Positions 39,589-48,572 of a DNA stretch of 64,000 nt are shown piece after piece (positions within the stretch are counted from its first letter, which is position 1; each line of letters opens with the position of its first letter). The DNA lies in contig JAQBPO010000033.1 of NCBI GenBank assembly GCA_028287465.1, positions 4,688 through 68,687 of the forward strand, in the 5' to 3' direction. The notes beneath the pieces were generated by a model. It did no database searches. It was given only the letters and a program-made list of their open reading frames with translations, and was not told the origin of the DNA. A program made the translations under genes and the position numbers. The DNA comes from Fibrobacterota bacterium (lineage in GTDB: Bacteria > Fibrobacterota > Fibrobacteria > UBA11236).

Positions 39589-40226
39589 CTCCCAAAGCCC
39601 GCGGCGTTTGGACCTTGGCCGCCTTGATCCTGATGGGGATCTCGGCCGTGCTGTCCAATACGGTCCTGTTCCGGCAAACCCTGCAAGGCACCACCCGGCT
39701 CACCCGTAACATCCCCAATACCATCGGATCCTGGGAGCTCGTGGAGCAGGCCGCGGCCACCCCGGGGGAAATCAAGGGCCTGGAAACCACGGACATCATC
39801 AAAAGGACCTATTCCAACGGCAGTTCCTACATGGAATTGATCGTCGCGTACATCTCCCACAGCAGCCGCAAATCCGCCCATGCCCAAGAGGCCTGCCTGC
39901 GGGGCGCCGGAGCCCTCGTGGGCAGCATCAGCGACGTCGGATTGGACGGGGACCGGGTGATGGCGAAACTCATTTCCATCGATCTCCGGGACCGTCGGCA
40001 GTGGGTCTGCTATTGGTATAAGATCGGACATGCCCATACGGCCAGGTACCTGCAATCCAGCTTCCTCATGTTCCTGGGGGGAATCATCGGGCATAAGAAC
40101 CAGGGAGCCTCCCTGGTCCGCTTGTTGACCCCGGAAGGGAGGGGCGAATCCCCCGCCCAGATTAAGGCCAGGATTGAGGATTTCACGCATTTTCTGGTGC
40201 CTGAACTCGAGAAGAACCTGCCCTAA
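39585..40226 (+). CDS. epsI: EpsI-family exosortase-associated protein
   Basis: 213 aa from ATG 39585. N-terminal TM anchor, then periplasmic domain. ATGA overlap with xrtA. The 485-aa track ORF upstream of 39585 is shadow over xrtA. Confidence 0.68.
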   Translation: MTPKARGVWTLAALILMGISAVLSNTVLFRQTLQGTTRLTRNIPNTIGSWELVEQAAATPGEIKGLETTDIIKRTYSNGSSYMELIVAYISHSSRKSAHAQEACLRGAGALVGSISDVGLDGDRVMAKLISIDLRDRRQWVCYWYKIGHAHTARYLQSSFLMFLGGIIGHKNQGASLVRLLTPEGRGESPAQIKARIEDFTHFLVPELEKNLP

Positions 40227-40254
40227 TTCCTTAAAAAGAAGCGCGTTGTCTGTA

Positions 40255-40284
40255 AGAATCCGTCCTAAGGGCCGGATTCTTTTA
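40255..40284 (+). terminator. rho-independent terminator after prsT-xrtA-epsI
   Basis: Perfect 8-bp stem AGAATCCG / CGGATTCT with a 10-nt loop, followed by TTT(A). Confidence 0.6.
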
Positions 40285-40335
40285 CAATTGGTCCGCCGTA
40301 CCGTTCCCTTTTTCCCTGAAAACCGGCTTGGGCGA

Positions 40336-40351
40336 TGGCATGGACTTCGCT
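40336..40351 (+). promoter_or_regulatory. sigma-54 (-24/-12) promoter for the PEP-CTERM gene
   Basis: TGGCAT-N5-TCGCT. GG at 40337-38 and GC at 40349-50 give the exact 10-nt spacing. It lies 37 nt upstream of ATG 40388. prsR, a sigma-54 activator, is 8 kb away. Confidence 0.55.
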
Positions 40352-40387
40352 CAATGGTGGATGGACGATACATCTGAAAGGGTGAAC

Positions 40388-41104
40388 ATGAACAGCTTGA
40401 AACTCGGCATTCTCGGCAGCTTGGCCATGGCGGCGGCCTCCTATGCCACCGTGATCAACAACGGTCCCGAAACCAGCCTGCAGACCGTCCTGAACAATAT
40501 CACGGTCGGCGGCACCAGCAGCGTCAACGTGAACACGGACCAGGTCAATCTCGACATGTACTGGAACCTGACCGCCACGGGCGGTTCGATTTCCAGGATG
40601 ATCATCGAGCTGGCCGGCAATGCCGGAAACAATACCTTCGGCATCTACGATGCGCTCGATCCCACCAAGAAGGTCACCCTGTTCGATGGCGCCGCATCCG
40701 CCGGAGCGGGCGTCGCGGTCGCGATTTCCGATCTGGGCGTGGTCGAGAAGAATTTCTCCAATACCGGAATCGTCTTCGGCGGCAAGACCTTCGGCTACTT
40801 CCTTTCCGGCAACGGCGGCACCTTCTATTCGGACTATAAGCTGAACAACGGCGGCGTTGACCACATGGTCGCCTTCCAGGGCGAAAACGACCTGGTCAAG
40901 CTTCCCGGGGCCGGCACCGGCGTCTGGAATCCCAATGAATACGTCCTGGCCTGGGAAGACGTGGTCGGCGGCGACAATGACTTCAACGATATGGTCGTGA
41001 TGGTCGAATCCGTCCAACCGGTTCCGGAACCCACCACCCTCGGCCTGATGGGCCTGGGCCTGGTTGCCATGGTTTTCGCGGCCCGCCGCCGGAAGCTTTC
41101 GTAA
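40388..41104 (+). CDS. PEP-CTERM sorting-domain protein (exosortase substrate) with DUF4114-like region
   Basis: 238 aa from ATG 40388. Signal peptide MNSLKLGILGSLAMAAASYA. Gly/Asn/Thr-rich body. GGDNDFNDMVVMVESV motif. C-terminal VPEPTTLGLMGLGLVAMVFAARRRKLS, i.e. PEP then TM helix then basic tail. Confidence 0.85.
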   Translation: MNSLKLGILGSLAMAAASYATVINNGPETSLQTVLNNITVGGTSSVNVNTDQVNLDMYWNLTATGGSISRMIIELAGNAGNNTFGIYDALDPTKKVTLFDGAASAGAGVAVAISDLGVVEKNFSNTGIVFGGKTFGYFLSGNGGTFYSDYKLNNGGVDHMVAFQGENDLVKLPGAGTGVWNPNEYVLAWEDVVGGDNDFNDMVVMVESVQPVPEPTTLGLMGLGLVAMVFAARRRKLS

Positions 41105-41142
41105 GAACCCAGGGAAACGCATTCCCGCTTGATCGATGGAAA

Positions 41143-41176
41143 GGGAGGTTCACCGAACCCCCCTTTTCTTTTTTAA
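41143..41176 (+). terminator. rho-independent terminator after the PEP-CTERM gene
   Basis: GGGAGGTTC-ACC-GAACCCCCC hairpin followed by TTTTCTTTTTT. It lies inside the annotated N-terminal extension of the next ORF, supporting ATG 41214 as that gene's true start. Confidence 0.65.
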
Positions 41177-41213
41177 GGCCTTTTTTATCTTCCTGAAACG
41201 CGCTCCGGGAACC

Positions 41214-43202
41214 ATGCAGCCTCCAAATAAACCGCCCGGATCCGCCTACCGGAAAGACATCGATGGATTGCGCGCCGTTTCGGTGCTCGCGGTCATCCTA
41301 TACCATCTGGACGAAAACCTGCCCTTCAACGGCTTCGTCGGCGTGGATATCTTCTTCGTCATTTCCGGTTTCCTCATTACGGGCATCCTCTACACCGGCA
41401 TCGAGGATTCGCGGTTTTCGCTGGTCGGGTTCTACGTCCGCAGGATAAAGCGGATCCTCCCGGTCTTCTTCCTGGTCACCTCATGCGTCCTGGCCTTCGG
41501 CATCCTGGTGATGCTTCCCGAGGACATCAAGTCCATGGGGAAATCGGCCTTCGCCGCGGTGTTTTCCGGTTCCAACGTCTATTTCTGGAACAGCCGGGAT
41601 ACGGATTATTTCGCCCGCTCGAGCAACCTGCTCCCGTTGCTGCATACCTGGTCCCTGGGAATCGAAGAGCAATTCTACCTGGCCTGGCCGCTCTTCCTGA
41701 TGCTGATGCACCGGATTGCCGGATTCAAAGGGCTCCTTCCGGTTTCGGTGATCCTCGCGGCCGCATCCTTCGGGTATGCGCAGTATTCCCTCCATGTGGA
41801 CGCGTCCTTCGCCTATTACATGCTTCCCGCGAGGGCGGGCGAACTCCTATGCGGAGCGATACCGTTCCTGATCCTGCGGCGGAACGGTGCCCCCTTCGGG
41901 CGGACGGTCAGGGAAGCGGCCTCATGGTCCGGGGCCGCCTTGATCCTGCTCGCCTTCCTATTGCCCGGCGTAAAGCATGCCTTCCCCGGGCTGAACGCGG
42001 TCTATCCCTGCCTGGGGGCGGCCATCCTCATCTGGAGCGGCGCCCAAGGCGGCACCCTCCTCTCCAGGGCGCTATCGTACCGGCCACTGGTCTATGTGGG
42101 GCTGATTTCCTACTCCCTCTACCTTTGGCATTGGCCGGTCCTCGCCTTCGGGAGATACATGGTGACCGTCCTGACTCCCGTAGCCATGGCATGGTCGCTC
42201 CTCGCCATCACCGTCCTCTCCGTACTGAGCCACAGGTATGTCGAATCCCCCTTCAGGCATGCGAAGCTATCCGCCGGCCGGACCTTCGGGACCTTATTCC
42301 TCCTTCCCTTCCTCGCGATTTCCTCGGTTTCCCTTTTCCTCTATAGGACGGACGGGTTGCATCACTGGATAGCGGACAAGGAAGGCTACCGGAACTCCCT
42401 TGCCGACCTGGAGCCCTACCTGAAGCCGGCGTACGGGTTCGACTATGTCTGCCAGACCAAGGTCTACGAGGCCGCGCTGTTCAACGACAAGCGTTGCATC
42501 GTCGGCGATACGGATCAGGTCCCGGAAGTCCTCCTGATCGGCGATTCCCATGCGGCGCATTTTTCCGGCCTGTTCGGGGAGATCGGGAAACGGGACGGGT
42601 TCTCCTTCCGGAATATCGAAATGGGGGATTGCCCGCCGGTGTTGAAGGAAAAGATCGGGTATGAGGACCCCAGGAACCATAAGGAATGCAGGGAGTTCAG
42701 GGCCCGGATGCGGACCGAGATGGGGAAATACCGGATCATCATCCTGGGCGCGTCCTGGGCCAATTATTTTCCGGACCGGGAATTCATTCCCGATTTGGGG
42801 GAAACCCTGGACTACCTGTCGGGTCTGGGGAAAGAGGTCATCGTGATGGCCCAGGTGCCCACCTTCGAATCCTTCGACCGGAATTGCGCGCTCCGCAACA
42901 ACCGGTTCTTCCCCGTCGATTGCATCGGAAATGCGGACGCTTCCGGCGGCTCCGAGAAGCAGGTGAATGCCGCCATCGAAGAACTGGTCAGGAACAGGCC
43001 GGGCATCCATTTGATGGATATCCGCGACAAGGTCTGCCCGGGCGGCTCCTGCAGTCCGTACCTGGACGGAAAACCGCTCTACTACGACCGCACCCATCTG
43101 AATATCCCGGGATCATGGGTCCTGGGGAGCATGATCGGGAAGGTTGAGGATCCTTTTTCCCGGCTCCTGGCCGGAATCAGGAAACCGACCGGACTCAATT
43201 AG
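41214..43202 (+). CDS. acyltransferase family 3 (OafA/YrhL-like, 10-TM) with C-terminal SGNH domain, polysaccharide O-acyltransferase
   Basis: ~662 aa from ATG 41214. AT3 motifs (IDGLRAVSVLAVILYH, FFVISGFL). C-terminal SGNH region (LLIGDSHAAH). Confidence 0.75.
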   Translation: MQPPNKPPGSAYRKDIDGLRAVSVLAVILYHLDENLPFNGFVGVDIFFVISGFLITGILYTGIEDSRFSLVGFYVRRIKRILPVFFLVTSCVLAFGILVMLPEDIKSMGKSAFAAVFSGSNVYFWNSRDTDYFARSSNLLPLLHTWSLGIEEQFYLAWPLFLMLMHRIAGFKGLLPVSVILAAASFGYAQYSLHVDASFAYYMLPARAGELLCGAIPFLILRRNGAPFGRTVREAASWSGAALILLAFLLPGVKHAFPGLNAVYPCLGAAILIWSGAQGGTLLSRALSYRPLVYVGLISYSLYLWHWPVLAFGRYMVTVLTPVAMAWSLLAITVLSVLSHRYVESPFRHAKLSAGRTFGTLFLLPFLAISSVSLFLYRTDGLHHWIADKEGYRNSLADLEPYLKPAYGFDYVCQTKVYEAALFNDKRCIVGDTDQVPEVLLIGDSHAAHFSGLFGEIGKRDGFSFRNIEMGDCPPVLKEKIGYEDPRNHKECREFRARMRTEMGKYRIIILGASWANYFPDREFIPDLGETLDYLSGLGKEVIVMAQVPTFESFDRNCALRNNRFFPVDCIGNADASGGSEKQVNAAIEELVRNRPGIHLMDIRDKVCPGGSCSPYLDGKPLYYDRTHLNIPGSWVLGSMIGKVEDPFSRLLAGIRKPTGLN

Positions 43203-44421
43203 GGACGGGAGAGGGAATCCTTCCAGGGAGGACCTTTACCAGGAGCCGATCATAGGTCGAGGCCAATGCGGTCCTCAGGCCTCCGCGGATTCCGGCGATG
43301 TGCGCCCTGAGGCCTTCCCGCCGGGACAAGGCGGCATCGACGGTCGCGAGCAAGGTCGCCGTATCCGCGGTGCGGAGGTCCAGGCAGAACTCGTCCAGGG
43401 CCATTTCCCCCATCAGTACCCGTACCTTGCGCGTGTCGGCAAGGGTGATAACGGGAGACCCAGCGACAAAAGCGAGGATTGCCGCATGCAGCCGGGAAGC
43501 GATCACGACCTCGGCGCGCCCGGCAGCCCCCAGGTAATCGTCCACGCTGACTATCGGCTCCAGGACGCATCTTTCCGAGGCCGCGGACATCTTCGCTTTG
43601 ATCCGATCCACGATGGGAACGTCCATGCGGGTCTGGGAACAGGCGAACCGGACATCGAGCCCTTTCGCCAGGAGGTGGTCGGAAACCAGGGCGAGCTTTT
43701 GCAGGTAGTTTTCGTAGTCGCCGTCCTCGGCCCCGGGCCAGGCGTCCCGGGCGATGGGGCTGACGATGGCATAGGGCCTCATCGGGGCCGCGCCGGCCGG
43801 GATGTCCCGGGGGCGCAATCCGAAGGCCGGATCGGGACAGACGGAACTAGGCGCCTTGAGCCCCAGCTTGACCAGCATGTCCAGGGAGCCTTGGTCGCGG
43901 AAGGCCCGGAACTGGGCGAGGTGGAGGGCCCGGATGGAAAACCACGCGCCCAGGCGGGTATTCAACTCATCCACGCCCACGCCCAATACCGCCACGGGAA
44001 CCCCATGGCGGCGCGCGCACCCGGCCCAGGCCAGCATGCGGTAGGGATGGCCCCAGGGGCCGCCCCAGAAATCGTCGATCTGGCCGCTCCCGGAAATGAT
44101 CAGCAAATCCAAGGTCTTCGCCGCCCGGTCGATGCGCCGGAGGGCCGCGAGCCGCTTGGGCAGCCAGGCCGGGACATCGGAGCCGTTCCTTCCGGTCCCT
44201 TCCGGGGCTTCCGGCCCGATAGGCGGCTGCTCGCCGGACAGGGCGATCGCCGGGATCCCATGGGTGCGCACCACATCGGCCGGACTGGTCGAGATGCCCA
44301 GGAAACGGACGGTACCCAACCTTTCCCTGAGGGTGTTCATCACGGAAACCTGGATGGAAGTATCGCCCAGGTTCGCGCTGGCATATGGGCCCAAAAGGCC
44401 GATACGCGGACCGCCGCTCAT
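43195..44421 (-). CDS. polysaccharide pyruvyl transferase family protein, paralog 1
   Basis: ~408 aa from ATG 44421 (MSGGPRIGLLGPYASANLGD), which overlaps the downstream GT2 stop as ATGA. CsaB/WcaK-like GxxGxxNxGD N-terminus. Confidence 0.68.
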   Translation of the reverse strand: MSGGPRIGLLGPYASANLGDTSIQVSVMNTLRERLGTVRFLGISTSPADVVRTHGIPAIALSGEQPPIGPEAPEGTGRNGSDVPAWLPKRLAALRRIDRAAKTLDLLIISGSGQIDDFWGGPWGHPYRMLAWAGCARRHGVPVAVLGVGVDELNTRLGAWFSIRALHLAQFRAFRDQGSLDMLVKLGLKAPSSVCPDPAFGLRPRDIPAGAAPMRPYAIVSPIARDAWPGAEDGDYENYLQKLALVSDHLLAKGLDVRFACSQTRMDVPIVDRIKAKMSAASERCVLEPIVSVDDYLGAAGRAEVVIASRLHAAILAFVAGSPVITLADTRKVRVLMGEMALDEFCLDLRTADTATLLATVDAALSRREGLRAHIAGIRGGLRTALASTYDRLLVKVLPGRIPSPVPN

Positions 44422-45323
44422 GGCTTCAAGGGGGTGGGAGAGGGCGTGGCCGCCCAAAGGGAGCGGACCTCGCTCCACAGCTTCTCCCGATCCCATGCCG
44501 CGTACTTGAAGGCGATGGCCAGGGCGCGGACCTTCTCGGAGTAGGGAATGGGCGCCCGGACGATGCTGAAAAGGTTGTCCCGATGGAAGCGGACCCGCAG
44601 GAATCCCGCGGGCTTGCGCGCCTGGGGGTTGTAGATCAGGGTAACTTCAGCGTTACTCCGCATGGCCATGACCGTTTCCGGGGAGAATCTCCGGTAGAGC
44701 ATCACCCCGGGCAGGAGGACCAGGCGGCCGTACAAGGCCAGCTCGGACATGAGCGGGATATCCCCCCCGGGGTACAAGCGATCGAGGCCGGTCCGGCGGA
44801 GGACGGAAGTGCGGATGACCCCTTGCTGGGCATTGTTGAGGCCCACGCCGTTGAGGAGCTTTTTGAAGCGATCGCTGGGGCGGGGATCGCGGATATCCAG
44901 ATCGCCCGTGTATTCCCCCAGGGATTTCCCGTCATTGTCGACTAGTTCCGTATGGCCGTAGCACAGTACGATGTCGCGCTCGCGCTGCATGGCCTCCACG
45001 CAGCGGGCCAGGGAATCCGGCGTGCAGTAGTCGTTTCCCGAAGCCCATTTGAAGTATTCGCCGCGCGCCGGGGGGATGACCGCGTTCCAGTTCCGGGGCG
45101 CCCCGATGTTCCGTTCCTGCCTGATGTACCGGATGCGCTTGTCGCGCCGGGCGTATTCCGCGCAGATGTCCGCGGTTCCGTCGGTCGATGCGTTATCGGA
45201 AATGATGAGCTCGAAGTCCTGGAGGGTCTGCCCGAGAAGGGAATCCAGCGACTGCCGCAGATGCTTATCGCTATTGTAGATGGGCATCCCGATGGACACC
45301 AACGGATTCCCGCCAGCGGTCAC
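44418..45323 (-). CDS. glycosyltransferase family 2
   Basis: 301 aa from GTG 45323, which overlaps the aminotransferase stop as GTGA. GT-A N-terminus (PLVSIGMPIYNSDKHLRQSLDSLLGQTLQDFELIISDNASTD). The 504-aa track ORF upstream is low-complexity shadow. Confidence 0.7.
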   Translation of the reverse strand: MTAGGNPLVSIGMPIYNSDKHLRQSLDSLLGQTLQDFELIISDNASTDGTADICAEYARRDKRIRYIRQERNIGAPRNWNAVIPPARGEYFKWASGNDYCTPDSLARCVEAMQRERDIVLCYGHTELVDNDGKSLGEYTGDLDIRDPRPSDRFKKLLNGVGLNNAQQGVIRTSVLRRTGLDRLYPGGDIPLMSELALYGRLVLLPGVMLYRRFSPETVMAMRSNAEVTLIYNPQARKPAGFLRVRFHRDNLFSIVRAPIPYSEKVRALAIAFKYAAWDREKLWSEVRSLWAATPSPTPLKP

Positions 45324-46231
45324 GCGATTACCGGCGTCAATTGCACGGAGGGATGGGATTTGAGGCCCCGCAAGCATGCGTAGAACTCGTCCGAGATGGC
45401 GTCGAACACGGGATCCGAGATCGGCAGTTCGCGGGATTCCAGCTTCCGGACGCGGCCCATTTCCATGACCGTCCCGACCAGGCAGATGGAATCGGCGATC
45501 GCCATTTCCGTGCGGTCGACGGGGCGGCGTTCGAACGGGATGCCCAGGGTCTTGCAAAGGCCCTCGATGATGTCCACCGTGATGCTCTCGAGGCAGCCTT
45601 CGCTGGCCGGCGGGGTAATCACCTTGCCCTTCCGGTTGATCAGGACGCAGGAGGCGCTGGCCTCCGAGACGCGCCCCGCCGAGTTCAGCAGGATCATGTC
45701 CGAAAACCCCTGGCGGCGCCCTTCGATGCGGGCCAGCCGGCCTATCTGGTAGTTCGCCGCGGATTTGATGCGCGCCGGCAGGGCCGTATCCGAAGTGCGC
45801 TGCCAGGTGCTGATCCCCAGGTCCACGGGATCCGGCTTCTTCTTGTCCTGATGGTAGGAGGTGATGACCAGATCCGTGACCGTGGCCTCGCCCCATTGCC
45901 CTTCCATGGAGAAAAGCGTGGTGCGCATCCACAGGTCCCGGTTCTTATCGACCAGTTCCCGGATAAGGGCGGCGCAAGCCGATCGGTATTCCTCGAAGGA
46001 CATGGTGAAGGGGAGGTATTGCAGGAGGGCGGACCGTTGCAGCCGCTCAAAATGCTCCCGGAGCGCGAGCAGGGACATGACCTTGCCGTCATGGCTCCAG
46101 TATGCTTTCAACCCTTCGAATACGCTGATCCCGCGGATGAGGGCTTCCGCCGCCACATGGATCTTGGCATCGTCCCAGGGAGTGATGCGGCCGCCCATGA
46201 ACACGAAGGGGGGTTTTTGGAGTTGCGCCAT
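45320..46231 (-). CDS. aminotransferase class IV (BCAT/D-amino-acid aminotransferase fold) protein
   Basis: 303 aa. Fold-type IV PLP-enzyme pattern. Embedded in a sugar-modification operon. Confidence 0.65.
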   Translation of the reverse strand: MAQLQKPPFVFMGGRITPWDDAKIHVAAEALIRGISVFEGLKAYWSHDGKVMSLLALREHFERLQRSALLQYLPFTMSFEEYRSACAALIRELVDKNRDLWMRTTLFSMEGQWGEATVTDLVITSYHQDKKKPDPVDLGISTWQRTSDTALPARIKSAANYQIGRLARIEGRRQGFSDMILLNSAGRVSEASASCVLINRKGKVITPPASEGCLESITVDIIEGLCKTLGIPFERRPVDRTEMAIADSICLVGTVMEMGRVRKLESRELPISDPVFDAISDEFYACLRGLKSHPSVQLTPVIA

Positions 46232-46334
46232 CGGTTTGCCTCGGAGGGGCTAAAGGGTTTGGGACCATCGATTACGGATGAACGGATGGAACTCGATCAC
46301 CCAAGTATAAGCTCTTCACAATTGTGCGTCCAGG

Positions 46335-47876
46335 CTATGTTTTGCCCCACGCCAGCCTGTTCGTGATTTGACTTACGAACCGGCGCCGGTGTTCACCTTC
46401 CACCAGGAAAAAACCCGCGGCGCAAAGGTGGAGAACGGAAACCAGGGTGAAGGAAAGGAAAATCCGGGTCCAGCCCCAGCCGGGAACGTGGGGCAGAAGG
46501 GCCCGGGACGCGAGGTACACCGGAACGGCCACCATGAGGTTGGGCAGGATGCCCACCCGCCAGTACCTGCCCAGGCCGGAACCCACCTGGGCGGCCGTGA
46601 TGGCGGGAATGACCATGCCCTCGAAGACCGCCATGGGCGCCAGGGAAGCGATGGCCACCCCCAGGATACCCCAGTTCCGGACCAGGGCCAGGGCCAGGAC
46701 CATGGTGGAGACGGTCTCGGCGACGATGAGGGCCGCGAAAAGCTTGTTCTTGCGGCGGCCGAACAGGATTTGCTGGGCCACCGACGAGGACAGGGAGGCC
46801 ATGTTCGCCAGGGTCATCAGGATCAGAACGGTCCCGCTGGAACCGTACGGGAGCGGTTCCAGGTATTTCCCGCCCATCCATTGGGCCAGGAAGGCCGGGC
46901 CCACTGCCAGCAGGTTCAATCCGATGAGGCAGACCAATCCGAAGAGGTAACGCGTGCCGGTCAGAAGGAGCTCCCGCATGGCCGAGAGGTCGGAACGGAC
47001 GTCCATGGGGATGACTATCTGGAGGAGCGGGATGGTCACCGCGCTGACCAGCCCGTTCATGTAAGGCATCATTTCCGAGCCGATGGAGAAGTAGGTGACC
47101 GCCTCCGCCGCCACCTTGTGCCCGATCAGGAAGGTCCCGAAGACGGCGCATCCCTGGCCGAACAGGTTGATGAGGAAGTTGAAGAACCCGTAATGGAACA
47201 GCTCCCCGAAGGCGCGGGTCTGGAAGGCGAAGGGCCGGAAGCGGATTGCGGGGACCACCTTCCGCGCGAAGGCGGCCAGGGCCAGGCCTTCCAGGAGCTG
47301 GGTCGAGGAAACCGCCAGGGCGAAGCCCAGCAGTCCATGGTGCGTTCTCAGGACCACCACCACCAAGGCCGCGTTGATCAGCTTGACCCCCAGGGAAATC
47401 CCGCTGACGATGTCGAAGCGCTGGGCGCCCACGAGCAGGGCGGAGAAGACCGAGAGCGGGAGCTTGGCGGCCATGACCGCGCCCATCAGCAGCAGGGCGA
47501 TGCGCACGGAAGGCGCCGCGGCCGCCTGCACATGGAAGAACCGGGAGAACCACAGGGAGGCGACGAAGGCGGAGAGCAGGGCCAGCAACCCCAGGATGGA
47601 CAGCGCGGTCAGGGCGGAATTGGCCTTGGCCTCGAGTTGGCCCGCGTCGGAGTCGCTCAGGTGCCGGGAGACGTAGTGCCCCACCGCGGACTGGATGCCG
47701 AAGTCCAGGTATCCGAAATAGGTGGTGAAGGTCACGATCAGGGACCAGCAACCGTAACCCGAATCGCCCAGCTCCCTCACGATCACCGGGGAAAGGAAAA
47801 AGCCGACTCCCACCGCGACTAGGAACGCGCTCCAATTGAAGAGGATATTCTTGAGGTAGAGGACCTTATCGAACAC
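46335..47876 (-). CDS. Wzx-type flippase (MOP superfamily) 2
   Basis: 513 aa, 12-14 TM helices. Polysaccharide biosynthesis protein family. Confidence 0.7.
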   Translation of the reverse strand: MFDKVLYLKNILFNWSAFLVAVGVGFFLSPVIVRELGDSGYGCWSLIVTFTTYFGYLDFGIQSAVGHYVSRHLSDSDAGQLEAKANSALTALSILGLLALLSAFVASLWFSRFFHVQAAAAPSVRIALLLMGAVMAAKLPLSVFSALLVGAQRFDIVSGISLGVKLINAALVVVVLRTHHGLLGFALAVSSTQLLEGLALAAFARKVVPAIRFRPFAFQTRAFGELFHYGFFNFLINLFGQGCAVFGTFLIGHKVAAEAVTYFSIGSEMMPYMNGLVSAVTIPLLQIVIPMDVRSDLSAMRELLLTGTRYLFGLVCLIGLNLLAVGPAFLAQWMGGKYLEPLPYGSSGTVLILMTLANMASLSSSVAQQILFGRRKNKLFAALIVAETVSTMVLALALVRNWGILGVAIASLAPMAVFEGMVIPAITAAQVGSGLGRYWRVGILPNLMVAVPVYLASRALLPHVPGWGWTRIFLSFTLVSVLHLCAAGFFLVEGEHRRRFVSQITNRLAWGKT

Positions 47877-47914
47877 GAGGGGCCAAGCGGAAGGGCATCG
47901 GGGCTAAAGCGGCA

Positions 47915-48568
47915 TCAAAGGACCGTTTTACGGCCATGGAATGCCTCAGCATACCGGGACGCCGAGTTCGATTCCATGCCCCGCAGCCGCATCAAGGCGT
48001 AGAAGGTATCCTCCATGAACCATTGCCGGCCCTTTTGGGTCGCGTAGGATTCCAGGATGACCTTGACCTTGAGGGCGGCCTGCGCTTCGCCCACGGGGAC
48101 GAAGACGTTCGGGATGCCCATGTCCCCGTCGTACTTGGGGATTTCGTATTCGAGGATGAGGTGGTCGCGCCAGGTGTTCCAGGTCAGGTCCGAGACCAGC
48201 CGATGATCCTGGTGCAAATCCCGGCGGTAATGGGTCAGGATCAGATCCGGGACGAAATCCTTCTTCAGGGCCTCGAAGGCGTCCTTAACCAGGGCCCCGC
48301 TGTAAGGCAGGTAGCCGTCCCGGAACTCCAGGATGCGGATCTCCCTCTTGGCGGCCCCTTTGAGGAACCGCTCGGCCGAGGCCTGGGCTTCCGCCCTGCG
48401 GGTGGGATTGGAGCTGAAGACCACCCAATGGAATTCCGCGGTGGGATGCTCCTCGATGAGGCGGAGCACGGTCCCGCCGCAGCCGATCTCGATATCGTCG
48501 CAATGGGCGCCCAGGCAGAGGATCCGGAGCGGCGAGCCGTCCGGCTTCGAGATTCCCAGCTTCAGCAT
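47915..48568 (-). CDS. PIG-L/LmbE-family N-acetylglucosaminyl deacetylase
   Basis: ~217 aa from ATG 48568. Zinc-binding AHCDDIEIGCGGT motif. Start chosen to avoid a 44-nt overlap with rfbF. Confidence 0.68.
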   Translation of the reverse strand: MLKLGISKPDGSPLRILCLGAHCDDIEIGCGGTVLRLIEEHPTAEFHWVVFSSNPTRRAEAQASAERFLKGAAKREIRILEFRDGYLPYSGALVKDAFEALKKDFVPDLILTHYRRDLHQDHRLVSDLTWNTWRDHLILEYEIPKYDGDMGIPNVFVPVGEAQAALKVKVILESYATQKGRQWFMEDTFYALMRLRGMESNSASRYAEAFHGRKTVL

Positions 48569-48572
48569 CCGT

